The notes beneath the pieces were generated by a model, which was not told the DNA's origin, made no database searches, and saw only the letters and a list, made by a program, of their open reading frames with translations. Positions 28,159 to 38,901 of a DNA stretch of 64,000 nucleotides are shown here, one piece after another (positions within the stretch are counted from its first letter, which is position 1; the number at the start of each line of letters is the position of its first letter). This stretch comes from Geopsychrobacteraceae bacterium (GTDB lineage: Bacteria; Desulfobacterota; Desulfuromonadia; Desulfuromonadales; Geopsychrobacteraceae), in NCBI GenBank assembly GCA_963676795.2, contig CAXXTB010000001.1, positions 672,001 through 736,000 on the forward strand. The letters are read 5' to 3'. Both the position numbers and the translations under genes were made by a program.

Positions 28159-30288
28159 ATGATTCATATGACGCATATGACAAAAATAACTGGTCTGTTC
28201 CTGATTATGCTGGTTCTCTGGACCGGGATGATGACCTTTGTTGTTTACACGGGCAAGTCTTTCGAACGGGACCTGGACCTGCATACTATGCTTCATCTCG
28301 GAGTCTGGCTTTGTGGTCTTGCCGCGTTGCTGGCAGGCTACTGGCTTTATCGTTGTTACCTCAAAGCTGAAATTCAGGCACTCTCGGAGAAAGAACTGGC
28401 AGATCTCAAGTACCGGACACTGTTTGAGGAATCGCTGCTTGGACTGGCGCTTGTTGACGCTGAATCGGGGCGGGTTGTCGAGTGCAATAAGGCCCTGGCC
28501 GAGCTTCTCCATAGCACACCGGAGAACATCCTCGGCGCGGCGGAGGTTCAGCTGTTCAACCCGGATGAGCCGGGAGCGCAGGGTTTCGCTGATCTTCAGG
28601 AGGCCTGTCTTGCCCTGAGCAGCGGGCCTGAGGTCTGGGTCGAACTCAAGCGCCAGAAAATCTTTCTGCCTGATAAACCGATGTGGCTGGTCAGCTTCCG
28701 GGATATCGGTGTGCGGGTTGCTTTTGAGAAAGAACGCAACGAACTGCTGACTCTTCTGAACAATCTGTCGAGGCAGATCCCCGGCGGGATCTTTCAGTTT
28801 GAGCAGGCACCCGACGGCAGGCAGCAGATCCGTTATGCCAGTTCCCAGGTCGGTGCACTGTTCGGCCTCAAGGAGGTCGAATCTTCAACCGATTTGTCTG
28901 CTGTTATGGCGAAAATTCATGCAGATGATCTGCAGGGGCTGCTGTTCTCGATCAATGTCTCTGCGATCAATCTCAGCCGTTGGGTTCACCAGTTCAGGGT
29001 TGACCGTCAGGATGGCCGGGTCTGTTGGCTGGAGGGGAGCAGTGTGCCGCGCAGACAGGAGGACGGCAGGATTGTCTGGTACGGATTTGTCTGGGATATC
29101 ACCGATAAGAAGGTGGATGAGGAGCAGCGGCTTCGGTTGGAGGAACGGCTTCGCCAGAAGGAGAAAATGGAGATTGTCGGGCTGCTGGCCGGAGGGATTG
29201 CGCACAATTTCAATAATAACCTGGCGATCATCCTGGGCAACCTGGAGATGGCCAGGTGTGAAGAGTTGGAGGTTCGGGAGCGCACTGAGCTGCTCGACAG
29301 TGCGCATATCGCGGCGCGGAGGGCCAGCGAGCTGATCCGCCAGATCATGAAATTCAGCCGCAAGGAAGAGCAGACCGAATGCCTCGACCTTGAAGAGCTG
29401 ATGACTGAAACGGTGACGTTGCTCAGGTCGACAATGCCGTCATCGCTGAGAATCGAGCTGCACATTGCGCAGTCGGGCCGTCAATACACTGTCCGCGGAA
29501 CTGCTGCACGGATCCAGGATCTGCTGCTCAATCTGGGGACCAATGCTCTTCACGCGATGGAGGAGAAGGGGATTTTGAGCCTCGCTCTGAACGAAGTCGT
29601 GCATCTGCCCGAGGGGATCGCCTCCAAGTCGGTCTCCAGGGACGGGGCGTTTGCCTGTATCTCCGTTGAGGATACCGGATCCGGGATGGACGAGCAGACC
29701 TTGGCAAAAATCTTTGACCCGTTTTTCACCACCAAAGGAGCCGGTAAGGGGACAGGGCTTGGGCTGGCAACGGTGAAGTCGACGGTGGAACAGTACCGGG
29801 GACAGATTACCGTCGAGAGCCAGCCCGGCAAGGGGACCCGCTTCAACATATATCTGCCTCTGTTGGATGGAGGACATGATTGTGAAGAGCAGGGGGGGGC
29901 GGAGGGGCTTCCCGGAACGGAAAGAGTCCTGATCGTTGACGATGAGCCGCTGGTCGGCCAGCTGGTCGGCAACATGCTCCGGGGGCTTGGCTACCAGATC
30001 ACTGTGCTGAGCGACAGTCAGAGCGCGCTGGAACTGTTTGAAAAAGATCCTGATGCTTTTGACCTGCTGATCAGCGATCAGGTGATGCCCGGTTTGACCG
30101 GTGCGGAGCTGGCCGAGCGCTTAAGGAAACTACGTGCCGAGTTGCCGGTGATTCTCTGCACCGGCTACAGTGCGGACGTCTCAACGGAGACGCTCGGCCA
30201 GTTCGCTATCGACGCCCTCTGCTACAAGCCGTTCGGCTTGGCTGAAATCTCCACGGCCATCAGGGATGTTCTGGACAGGGCCGTATAG
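28159..30288 (+). CDS. Hybrid sensor histidine kinase (TM-PAS-PAS-HisKA-HATPase-REC)
   Basis: LAGGIAHNFNN, NLGTNA, DTGSGM, FFTTK..GTGLGL, C-terminal receiver. Confidence 0.92.
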   Translation: MIHMTHMTKITGLFLIMLVLWTGMMTFVVYTGKSFERDLDLHTMLHLGVWLCGLAALLAGYWLYRCYLKAEIQALSEKELADLKYRTLFEESLLGLALVDAESGRVVECNKALAELLHSTPENILGAAEVQLFNPDEPGAQGFADLQEACLALSSGPEVWVELKRQKIFLPDKPMWLVSFRDIGVRVAFEKERNELLTLLNNLSRQIPGGIFQFEQAPDGRQQIRYASSQVGALFGLKEVESSTDLSAVMAKIHADDLQGLLFSINVSAINLSRWVHQFRVDRQDGRVCWLEGSSVPRRQEDGRIVWYGFVWDITDKKVDEEQRLRLEERLRQKEKMEIVGLLAGGIAHNFNNNLAIILGNLEMARCEELEVRERTELLDSAHIAARRASELIRQIMKFSRKEEQTECLDLEELMTETVTLLRSTMPSSLRIELHIAQSGRQYTVRGTAARIQDLLLNLGTNALHAMEEKGILSLALNEVVHLPEGIASKSVSRDGAFACISVEDTGSGMDEQTLAKIFDPFFTTKGAGKGTGLGLATVKSTVEQYRGQITVESQPGKGTRFNIYLPLLDGGHDCEEQGGAEGLPGTERVLIVDDEPLVGQLVGNMLRGLGYQITVLSDSQSALELFEKDPDAFDLLISDQVMPGLTGAELAERLRKLRAELPVILCTGYSADVSTETLGQFAIDALCYKPFGLAEISTAIRDVLDRAV

Positions 30289-30300
30289 TGACCGGAGTTT

Positions 30301-30975
30301 TTACCTTTTTCGCGTTTTTCTCCACTCCGGCCAGGCCTGTCTCAGCCACAGATACTGGTGAATCAGAGTCGTGCGCAGCCAGCCGTTGCGGGCATATTTT
30401 CTGGCGCTGGTCAGCAGCAGAGCCCTGGCCGGAAAGAGCCTTATTCCCTGCTGGCGAGCTTTCCAGACAAAGAGGTGATCTTCGCCATAAGGTTCTCCTT
30501 CAGGAAAGCCACCGAGCTTGACGAAAAGGTCTCGCTGCAGGCAGAACCCCTGATCGCCATAGGGCGTTTTCAGCAGCCGTGATCTCAACTGCGCTCCCAG
30601 TGCATTCAGCAGCATCAGCGGCGACGCGTCGGCAAGAAAGCGCAGATCGAAATAGATCAGGCTGTCCGGATGTTCTGTCATCGCCTGGCGTAGGCGCTCC
30701 AGGCTGTTGTCGGCGAGTCGTGAGTCGGCATGCAGAAACCACAGGAACTGACCCACTGCGGCCTTTGCGCCAGCATTCATCTGCTCGGCCCGCCCCTTTC
30801 GTGAGCTGAGCAGGCGCGGGGCGAGGGCAAGGTCATTCGGCATGTCAATGCTGCTCCCTTCCGCCCTGACCAGGATAATCTCAGTGTCGGCAGGAAGTGC
30901 CTGCAGCTCATGGAGCAGGTCGCTATGGGCGGTTTCCTGTTCCGCAACTGGAATAATGATCGATAATTGTGGCAC
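30301..30975 (-). CDS. Glycosyltransferase family 2 (TIGR04283-like)
   Basis: LSIIIP, GRAEQMNAGA, FLHADS, PYGDQG, TSARKY; GTG start. Confidence 0.85.
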   Translation of the reverse strand: MPQLSIIIPVAEQETAHSDLLHELQALPADTEIILVRAEGSSIDMPNDLALAPRLLSSRKGRAEQMNAGAKAAVGQFLWFLHADSRLADNSLERLRQAMTEHPDSLIYFDLRFLADASPLMLLNALGAQLRSRLLKTPYGDQGFCLQRDLFVKLGGFPEGEPYGEDHLFVWKARQQGIRLFPARALLLTSARKYARNGWLRTTLIHQYLWLRQAWPEWRKTRKR

Positions 30976-31576
30976 CCTTTGCTCTTTCGCTAATTTGGAC
31001 GGAAAAAATCAGGAGTTGATCTTCCCTTTGAAGCAGTCTTTCAGGTCGTCACCAAAACCTTTCGAGATAAACCGTACTTCCCCCTCCTTCTCAGGAAATG
31101 ATCTGTTTCAGATTCAACACAGTTTAACAGTGGGGGCAGTGTACGACAGCAGTTTTTTTCGGAAGCAGTCTTCAGAACTGTTGTTTTGAAAGGCGGGAGG
31201 CAGCAGGATGCTGCCTCCCCGGGATGACATGGACAAAAAACGTGACGCTACCTCCCCAGATATAGGGCATAAAGATGCCCATGTGTCACGGATACCTGGC
31301 CTGAAGTTCTTGCTCTGGAAATGGCCGGATCGAGTGTGTCCATGCTTCCCTGAACTTTGTATTTCTGTATTCTGACGACAAGTCATGCTCGGTGTTCGGA
31401 ATGTCAAACAACCGGGAGTATCAGAGGTGGGATCATGCATTTAAAGCCGGTCTGCCTCTTTGAGCACTGATTCGTCACAAGGATATCGGCTAATCCGAAG
31501 ATTTCAAGCAGAGGCAAAAAAAATCGAATTATTATTTTTTAAGGGCTCTGCACAGCTTTTTCTTTTCGTCAGCCTG

Positions 31577-33088
31577 TTACGACGCGGCTTCGTCTGTCTT
31601 TTGTCCTGTTTCTTCCGCCTGTGCCAGGAGCGGAAAGCTGATCAGGAAGCGTGCACCATGTTCTGTCCTGTTTTCTACCTGAATTTTTCCCTGATGAAGA
31701 TCGATGATTTTCTGGGCCACGGCCAGACCTAGCCCTGTTCCATTGCTGCGTGTGGTGAAAAAAGGGTTGAACAGTTTGTTCAGAATTTCCGGGGCGATCC
31801 CTTTGCCGCTATCTTCAATCGCGATCTCAATTCTGTTGCTGCTGACGCGGGTTGTAATCCAGATTTCGCCATAGTTTTCGACCGCCTGTATGGCATTGAT
31901 GATCAGGTTGAGAAAGACCTGCTTGAGTTGCTCCCGATCGCCTTCAATCAGGGGCAGATCGGTCGCCAGATCGAGATGAATTGCGACTTTGCGGCTGTCG
32001 GAATTGACCTTCACCAGTTTCAGGGTCTTGTCGATAATCGCATTTATGTCGGTCGGAACCATGTGCGGATCGCTGGGACGGGAATAATAGAGCAGTTCAT
32101 GGAGCATTTTATCCAGACGATCCGTTTCGGAGATGACCAGCGAGGTGTACTCCCGGTGAGGATGCTCTGGTAGCAGTTCCGATTCGATCAGTTGGACAAA
32201 CCCTTTGATCGCTGTGAGCGGAGAACGGATTTCGTGGGCGACGCCAGCGGTGATCTCGCCGAGCGCGACCAGCCGGTCTGTCCGTTGCAGCTGTTCTTCC
32301 ATTTTGCGCTGCTGAGCCAGATGATCGGCGAAACTGTTGATTGAACCAGCGATCTTGCCAAGGTCTCCGGCGATGGGCGGTATCCGGTAGTTTTGATCTT
32401 TTTCTATGATTTTGATGGCGGATACGATTTCCTTGATTCTGCCACCGACCAGCTGGGCAATGAGAGCAGTGCCGATGAAGGAAACGACAATCCCCAGAGC
32501 AATCATCATATAGGCTGTAGACGAGAAATTGTGGAACTGGCGGTTGATATCGTCGACCAGTTCATTGGCCCAGACGTAACCTATGACCTTCTGGTTACGG
32601 ATCAATGGTGCCATGCAGTTCATGATCGTGCCGCGTACCAGCTGTCCGGTTTGAACCAGCGGTTTTCCACTGTCCATAACCCTGCGCCCCTGGTGCGCCT
32701 GATCAATGGAGAGGGAAACCATGTGGCCGAGTGTTCGGCTTGGGCCGTAAGTGATTATGGCATCGAGCTCTTTAGAGTAATAGCCGACACCGATGCCGTC
32801 CTGACTGGCTGCAACCAGATCGGTGAAGGGGGCCAAACGACGATTGAGGGTATTGATCTTTTCCGGGCGGGAAGCCCGTTCCTCCCCTTCTTCAACCAGA
32901 ATGTCATTAAAGGTTCCTGCCAGTCCGTTGTCGAGCAGTTGAGTAAAGGCAAACAGCTTATTCTGTTTTTCTTGCAGCAGGTTTTTATGGGCAGTATTGA
33001 GCAGATAGAAGCCGGCACCCAAAGAGGTGACAGCAATAATAATGGACATGCTGAGGAAGATTAAGATACGAACAGGAATGCGTCTCAT
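31577..33088 (-). CDS. Membrane sensor histidine kinase (AtoS-like)
   Basis: Two TM helices; AGVAHEIRSPL, QVFLNLIINAIQA, DSGKGI, FFTT..GTGLGL; ATG 33088 follows GGAG. Confidence 0.9.
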   Translation of the reverse strand: MRRIPVRILIFLSMSIIIAVTSLGAGFYLLNTAHKNLLQEKQNKLFAFTQLLDNGLAGTFNDILVEEGEERASRPEKINTLNRRLAPFTDLVAASQDGIGVGYYSKELDAIITYGPSRTLGHMVSLSIDQAHQGRRVMDSGKPLVQTGQLVRGTIMNCMAPLIRNQKVIGYVWANELVDDINRQFHNFSSTAYMMIALGIVVSFIGTALIAQLVGGRIKEIVSAIKIIEKDQNYRIPPIAGDLGKIAGSINSFADHLAQQRKMEEQLQRTDRLVALGEITAGVAHEIRSPLTAIKGFVQLIESELLPEHPHREYTSLVISETDRLDKMLHELLYYSRPSDPHMVPTDINAIIDKTLKLVKVNSDSRKVAIHLDLATDLPLIEGDREQLKQVFLNLIINAIQAVENYGEIWITTRVSSNRIEIAIEDSGKGIAPEILNKLFNPFFTTRSNGTGLGLAVAQKIIDLHQGKIQVENRTEHGARFLISFPLLAQAEETGQKTDEAAS

Positions 33089-33357
33089 GGCTGCTCCGAA
33101 GATGATGTTGAGGCGTAGATGCAATTTATCCGTAGTTCGAGTTTTAATTTGTATCATTCAAGGAACTGTAAAATCAAAGCCTATTTTTTAATTAAAAAAA
33201 TGATATTTTCTTAATATGATATAAATCTGACTTGGTGGCGGGGGGATATTCTTGTGCCGCAGTTGAATAACTGAAAGGTCCTTGGCGAAACGGTTAAGGA
33301 CCTTGTTCATTGTTTATCGGGAGAAAGCCGTTGAGACTTCCCCCGATCGTGTTTGAA

Positions 33358-33774
33358 TTAATCATGGTACGGTTGCATGAAGGGCAGTTTCTCAGCAGTG
33401 CGATAGCGGGCCGGCATTTCGGCCTGCTTTCCTTCTCTGGTCCAGATCGTCAGGGTGAATTCTTTGTTCAGGTCGGTTTCCGTCAGTGGATGATCCACAT
33501 GCCTTGTTCTTATGAAGACTGCGTAAGGTTCGTGTCTGCGCATTTCGAACATGATCTCGTATGCATCGTAGCCATTCCATATGCCTTTGGTCAGGATCGC
33601 CCGGCATCCCAGGGTCATGTTCATCAGGACCTCGGTGTAATCCGGGGGAACCAGCAGCCTGGCTACCCCATCATGGATCGACAGGTAAAGAAAACCCTCT
33701 CTGGCCAGAAACAGATCCCAAAAGTTGGTGGATTCAATATCTGGACCCTTGTTGTTAATCTTGACAGTTTCCAT
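33358..33774 (-). CDS. Hypothetical protein
   Basis: 138-aa ORF with a strong RBS (aaggag); no recognised motif. Confidence 0.65.
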   Translation of the reverse strand: METVKINNKGPDIESTNFWDLFLAREGFLYLSIHDGVARLLVPPDYTEVLMNMTLGCRAILTKGIWNGYDAYEIMFEMRRHEPYAVFIRTRHVDHPLTETDLNKEFTLTIWTREGKQAEMPARYRTAEKLPFMQPYHD

Positions 33775-33839
33775 GGGTATCTCCTTCGTCGGGTACTGGC
33801 GTCATGGTGAAACTTGCCGGAAATGAAGTGATAGAACGC

Positions 33840-33866
33840 AAAAAGGCCGGATCAATGATCCGGCCT
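33840..33866 (-). terminator. Terminator downstream of tRNA-Pro
   Basis: aggccggatca-t-tgatccggcc-tttttt on the minus strand. Confidence 0.7.
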
Positions 33867-33883
33867 CATTACCTGATTATTCA

Positions 33884-33960
<77 letters not shown>

Positions 33961-34072
33961 ACACAAGCTGACATGGCGCAAATATTTATCACCCTTGTCG
34001 GCGAAATGCAAGGGGATTGATGGGGGTGGTGTCGCAGAGCTGATATTTTTCAGGGTTGCCGGGCCGGCGCTT

Positions 34073-34295
34073 CAGTGGGGACGTTGATTCTGGGCGCTGA
34101 TGACCTCGCGAACCTTTCTGCTGATGAAGATCGGCAGATAAAAGCGATTGTTGCTTCGGTAATCATCGCGGCGAGTTCGTTTTCACAGAGCTCGATGACT
34201 TGCCGGGATTGGGTAGGGAATTCTTCACAGAGAAGCTGAAGGGCCGATTCGTACTGATATTTTTCCACGTCGCTGGAGAAGAGTGCTTTGTTCAT
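34073..34295 (-). pseudogene. Small DUF3562-like protein, apparently frameshifted
   Basis: MNKALFSSDVEK..EATI continues in a shifted frame as RFYLPIFISRKVREVI. Confidence 0.45.
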
Positions 34296-34340
34296 GAATT
34301 CTCCTGTCATTCGAAACGCGCGCACTATACCAACCAAGTG

Positions 34341-34979
34341 TTAGGATTGCGTTAGTTGTGACGTCTTTTCGGGGGAAATGCTGATTTTCCCCTGGCTGAG
34401 GTCGGTCAGGGCCGTTTCCAGCGCCTCCTGTTGCTCGCTGGGACAGCGAACACTCAGTTCGACAAGGGCGCCGAAGGCACGCTCGAGAAGTTCGGCTTCA
34501 AAGTGGGGCAGGAGCAGTTCTATCTGCTGCAGGAGTGTGTAGTCACAACTGAAAGAGAACTGTTGCCAATCGATCTTTTCTCCGATGGAGGCCTGTGCCA
34601 GGACATTCTGCGCGGCCAGGGTATAGGCCTTGACCATTCCCCCCTTGCCCAGCTTGATGCCGCCGAAGTAACGGCTGACGACGATGGCGATATCGCCGAT
34701 ACCGCTGTGCTGCAGGGTGGTCAGCAGTGGTTTTCCGGCTACACCGTGCGGCTCCCCGTCGTCACTCAAGCCGACCCGATCGCTGCTTCCTGGGGGGCCG
34801 ACCAAGTAGGCCCAGCAGTTGTGGTTGGCGTCGGAAAATTCGGACTTGGTCGTGGCAATGAATTCGGCGGCCTCTTCACAGGAACAGACCGGTTGCAGGG
34901 TGGCGATGAAACGGCTGCGTTCGACAACGGTTTCGCAGCGACCGGATTCAAGCAGGATGGGATAGCGTTTTGAGTTCAT
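34341..34979 (-). CDS. yigZ: YigZ/IMPACT family protein
   Basis: RSRFIA, DANHNCWAY, SDDGEP, RYFGGIKLGKGG. Confidence 0.93.
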   Translation of the reverse strand: MNSKRYPILLESGRCETVVERSRFIATLQPVCSCEEAAEFIATTKSEFSDANHNCWAYLVGPPGSSDRVGLSDDGEPHGVAGKPLLTTLQHSGIGDIAIVVSRYFGGIKLGKGGMVKAYTLAAQNVLAQASIGEKIDWQQFSFSCDYTLLQQIELLLPHFEAELLERAFGALVELSVRCPSEQQEALETALTDLSQGKISISPEKTSQLTQS

Positions 34980-35011
34980 AATTTATCAAACTGAAGCAGT
35001 CAATGTTGTTC

Positions 35012-35446
35012 CATGTCATCAAGCCGGGCACCGGCTTTGCGATTCCGCGCTTCAAGACGCATTGCGGCTCGTCTGAGCGCGAGTAACGTAGCAGCCTCAA
35101 TGCTACGAAGAAACGGCAAGCAAATTATTCCCGATGCCGTTGACCGTAGCGTTTCTTTTGCACCCTTTACTTTGCGCACAAAGAAAAGGGTGTCGTCTGG
35201 CGGGACGAGACCCGCCGGTTTTGGTTCTGATGCTTCAGTATTTAAAGATCTTAAGTCGTGGGGTCGCGCCCCCACACTGCGCCTTACTTTTGACCTGGGC
35301 GTCAAAAGTAAGCAAAAACGCCCTTTTATATATTGGTCACCAGCCTGCGTTTTTTCGTAGCACCCACCAGCAAAACGCCTTGCGCCCCAAGATGAGCAAG
35401 CTCATCAACGGGCAGAACCGAAAAGACTCCGCGTTGCGGAGTCTTG
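35012..35446. repeat. REPIN-like structured dispersed repeat, family A copy 2
   Basis: Inverted homolog of 21-452 with compensatory stem changes. Confidence 0.85.
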
Positions 35447-35482
35447 ACAGAAACAGTTGAAACAATCTTGCGATCTTTACGA

Positions 35483-35971
35483 TTAGAGAGTGACGTCAGT
35501 TTTTTTCTTTTCGTCCTGCCAGCTGCAGACCAGTATGATAGCGACCCCGACGCAGATTGCGCTGTCGGCAATATTGAAGGCAGGCCAGTAGTGGTCGTAC
35601 CAGTGAACATAGAGAAAGTCGATGACCTCTCCCAGACGGGCCCGGTCGATCAGGTTGCCGATGGCTCCGCTGAAGATCAGGCCGAGGCCGAGGTGCTGGC
35701 AGTATTTGCTGTCCTCCAGGCGGGTCAGGTACCAGAGGATCAGCAAAGAGGCGATGACCGAGACACTCAGGAAAAACGGCACCCGGATGCTGCTGTCGGC
35801 AAGAATGCCGAAAGCAGCACCGGGGTTGCGGACGTAGGTGATATGAAAAAAGTGAGAGATCACTTTTTTCGATTCGCCGATCATAAAATGGCTGTCGATA
35901 TAGATCTTGCTCGCCTGGTCAAGGATCAGGGCGACCGCGGCTGTCAGAGCAAAAATCTGGTACTTTCTCAT
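35483..35971 (-). CDS. lspA: Lipoprotein signal peptidase II
   Basis: LDQASK, NPGAAFG, GAIGNLIDR, VIDF, PAFNIADSAI; start MRKYQ directly after ileS. Confidence 0.96.
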   Translation of the reverse strand: MRKYQIFALTAAVALILDQASKIYIDSHFMIGESKKVISHFFHITYVRNPGAAFGILADSSIRVPFFLSVSVIASLLILWYLTRLEDSKYCQHLGLGLIFSGAIGNLIDRARLGEVIDFLYVHWYDHYWPAFNIADSAICVGVAIILVCSWQDEKKKTDVTL

Positions 35972-35972
35972 C

Positions 35973-38753
35973 TTACTCGGCATCAAGGGCAGCGGCACAG
36001 CGGCTACAGATGCTTGGATGTTCGCTGCTCCCGCCGACACTGGTTGCGTAGTTCCAGCAGCGTTCACACTTCTCGCCTTCGGCGTCCAAAACCTGCAGCT
36101 TCAGTCCTTCGATCTGCTCTCCCGCCTGCGGTGCTGGAATCTGATCGGTCAGCTCGACCTGGGAGACGATGAAGTAGGTCGGCAGCAGGTCGCTGTATTC
36201 CTCAAGCAGGGCACGGTAGCTTTCCGGTGCGTCGATCAGCACCTTGGCTTCCAGTGACTGGCCGATCTGCTTGGCAGCACGGGCATTTTCCAGTTGCTTG
36301 GAGACCTCGGAGCGGATCTTCTGCAGCTTTTCGTAACGGGTTTCCAGGTCGTCGTTCAGGTAGCTGCTGATCGCAGCCGGGAAGGCGGCCAGGTGGACGC
36401 TTTCCTCACGCTCGCCCGGCAGCAGCTGCCAGATCTCGTCGGCGGTAAAGCTCAGCACCGGTGCGATCAGGCGGGTCAGGGCATCGGCGATGCGGTACAG
36501 TGTGGTCCGGGCGCTTCTGTAGGCGACGCTCGACTTCGGACTGGTGTAGAGGCGGTCCTTGAGGATATCGAGATAGAAGGCGCTCAAATCGATTGCGCAG
36601 AAGTTATGCACCGCGTGATAGAAGACGTGGAACTCGTACTTGTCGTAGGCGGTCTGAACGCGCTGGATCAAACGGGCCAGGCGCGACAGCGCCCAGCGGT
36701 CGAGTTCGAGCAGCTCGTCATCCGCAACCATGTCAGTTGCCGGATCAAAACCGGCCAGGTTGCCGAGCAGATAGCGCGCAGTGTTGCGGATCCGCCGGTA
36801 GGCGTCGGAGAGGCGCTGCAGGGTTTCGTTGCCGAGCTTGATATCGTCACGGTAGTCGGTTGCCGCAACCCAGAGGCGCAGGATCTCGGCGCCGTACTTC
36901 TTGATGATCTCTTCCGGGGCAATGACGTTGCCGAGCGATTTCGACATCGGCCGGCCGTCCTTGTCGAGGACGAAGCCGTGGGTCAGAACCGACTTGTACG
37001 GTGCACGGTCGCGGGTGCCGACCGATTCGAGCAGGCTCGAATGGAACCAGCCGCGATGCTGGTCGGAACCTTCCAGGTACATGTCGGCAGGGCTGCTGAG
37101 CTCATCGCGCTCTTCCAGAACGGCGGCATGGGAAACGCCGGAGTCGAACCAGACGTCAAGGATGTCGGTCTCCTTGGTGAACCTGTCGTGACCGCAGGAC
37201 GGACAGCTGGTTCCGGCGGGGAGCAGTTCGCTCGCCTCTTTTTCAAACCAGACGTCGCTCCCTTCCTCCATGAACTGATCGGCGATGTGGTGCATCACCT
37301 TGCCGTCGGCCAGGGCTTCGCCACACTTCTCGCAATAGACGATGGTGATCGGCACACCCCAGCTGCGCTGACGGCTGATACACCAGTCCGGACGGCCTTC
37401 GACCATGTTGTAGATGCGATCGTGACCCCAGCTAGGGACCCACTGGACCTTGTCGATCTCGGCCAGGGCTTTGCCGCGCAGGTCGTTGTTCTCCATGCTG
37501 ATGAACCACTGCTCGGTGGCACGGAAGATAACCGGCTTCTTGCAGCGCCAGCAGTGCGGATAACTGTGGTTCAGATCGCTGGCTTTGAGCAGGGCGTCGA
37601 CCTCGGTCAGTTTCTCGATGACGGCAGGGTTGGCTTCGGCCAGCTTGAGACCGCCGAACAGCTCCAGATCCTGGCGGTAGCGACCGTAGTCATCGACCGG
37701 GTTGTAGATGTCGAGACCGTACTTGAGGCCGATCAGGTAGTCGTCCTGACCATGGCCCGGAGCGGTGTGAACACAGCCGGTACCGGCTTCCAGGGTGACG
37801 TGATCGCCGAGCATGATCAGCGAGTTACGCGCGTAAAAGGGATGACGGCAGTTCTTGTTGTCGAACAGTTCGGCGCTGAACGGCTCGCTCAAACTGGTGT
37901 TCTCCAGAGCGAGGGTCTGGATGACCTTTTCGGCCAGGCCGGCGGCCATGACCAGGCGTTCACTGCCGGTATCGACGGCGACATATTCCAGCTCAGGATT
38001 GAGGGAGATCCCCAGATTGGCCGGAATCGTCCATGGTGTCGTGGTCCAGATGACAAAGAACAGCGGCTTGTCAGAAAGGCTGCTCAGTTCGGCCGGCAGT
38101 TCGTCCGTGTAAGGGAACTTGACGTAGATCGAAGGCGAGGTGTGATTGTCGTACTCGACCTCGGCCTCGGCCAGGGCGGTGACGCAGGAGGAACACCAGT
38201 GGATCGGCTTCTTCCCTTTGAACAGCGAGCCGCGCTCGGCCAGTTTGGCCAGTTCGCGGGCGGTCGCCGCCTCGTAGCGGAAGTTCATGGTCAGGTACGG
38301 GTTCTGCCAGTTGCCGAAGATCCCCAGGCGCTGGAATTCCCCGGCCTGGGTCTGGATCCAGACCTTGGCGTATTCGCGGCACTCGCGGCGGAAGTCGGCT
38401 TTGCTCATCTCGCGCTTCTTCTTGCCCAGTTTCTTGTCGACCATCAGTTCGATCGGCAGACCGTGGCAGTCCCAGCCCGGAACGTACGGAGAGTAGAAGC
38501 CCTGCATGCGGCGGCTCTTGATAATGACGTCCTTGAGCACCTTGTTCAGCGCGTGCCCCATGTGAATGTGGCCGTTGGCGTAAGGAGGGCCGTCGTGAAG
38601 GATGAAGCTCTTCTGGCCTTTATTGGCTTCTTCCAGTTTATCGTTGAGTCCGAGCTTGTCCCACTGGGCCAGGATCTCTGGCTCACGGGTCGGCAGGTTT
38701 GCGCGCATCGGAAAATCTGTTTCAGGCAGATTGAGGGTCTCTTTATAATCCAT
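35973..38753 (-). CDS. ileS: Isoleucyl-tRNA synthetase
   Basis: HDGPPYANG, HMGH, GWDCHGLP, WCISRQR, MSKS, C-terminal Zn finger. Confidence 0.98.
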   Translation of the reverse strand: MDYKETLNLPETDFPMRANLPTREPEILAQWDKLGLNDKLEEANKGQKSFILHDGPPYANGHIHMGHALNKVLKDVIIKSRRMQGFYSPYVPGWDCHGLPIELMVDKKLGKKKREMSKADFRRECREYAKVWIQTQAGEFQRLGIFGNWQNPYLTMNFRYEAATARELAKLAERGSLFKGKKPIHWCSSCVTALAEAEVEYDNHTSPSIYVKFPYTDELPAELSSLSDKPLFFVIWTTTPWTIPANLGISLNPELEYVAVDTGSERLVMAAGLAEKVIQTLALENTSLSEPFSAELFDNKNCRHPFYARNSLIMLGDHVTLEAGTGCVHTAPGHGQDDYLIGLKYGLDIYNPVDDYGRYRQDLELFGGLKLAEANPAVIEKLTEVDALLKASDLNHSYPHCWRCKKPVIFRATEQWFISMENNDLRGKALAEIDKVQWVPSWGHDRIYNMVEGRPDWCISRQRSWGVPITIVYCEKCGEALADGKVMHHIADQFMEEGSDVWFEKEASELLPAGTSCPSCGHDRFTKETDILDVWFDSGVSHAAVLEERDELSSPADMYLEGSDQHRGWFHSSLLESVGTRDRAPYKSVLTHGFVLDKDGRPMSKSLGNVIAPEEIIKKYGAEILRLWVAATDYRDDIKLGNETLQRLSDAYRRIRNTARYLLGNLAGFDPATDMVADDELLELDRWALSRLARLIQRVQTAYDKYEFHVFYHAVHNFCAIDLSAFYLDILKDRLYTSPKSSVAYRSARTTLYRIADALTRLIAPVLSFTADEIWQLLPGEREESVHLAAFPAAISSYLNDDLETRYEKLQKIRSEVSKQLENARAAKQIGQSLEAKVLIDAPESYRALLEEYSDLLPTYFIVSQVELTDQIPAPQAGEQIEGLKLQVLDAEGEKCERCWNYATSVGGSSEHPSICSRCAAALDAE

Positions 38754-38901
38754 GCCGGTTCTTCTCCACTATAGATAGCGGCTCTGGCCGCTGAAAAAAC
38801 TAAACTCGCAAGCTAACAAAAGCTGACTGATTGATCAAGAAGAAAGGTAGGTTTTTCGCGGGTTTTATCCCCGTTCAGTGTGTGTGGTGAGCGAACTGAA
38901 G

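Noticed and set aside
31114..31440. 108-aa minus-strand ORF
   Set aside because: No RBS, no motif and atypical composition.
36294..38774. 826-aa plus-strand ORF (also 6459-8072, 10357-11601, 61733-63049 and similar long antisense ORFs)
   Set aside because: Antisense shadows of well-supported genes, caused by GC3 codon bias; no motifs.
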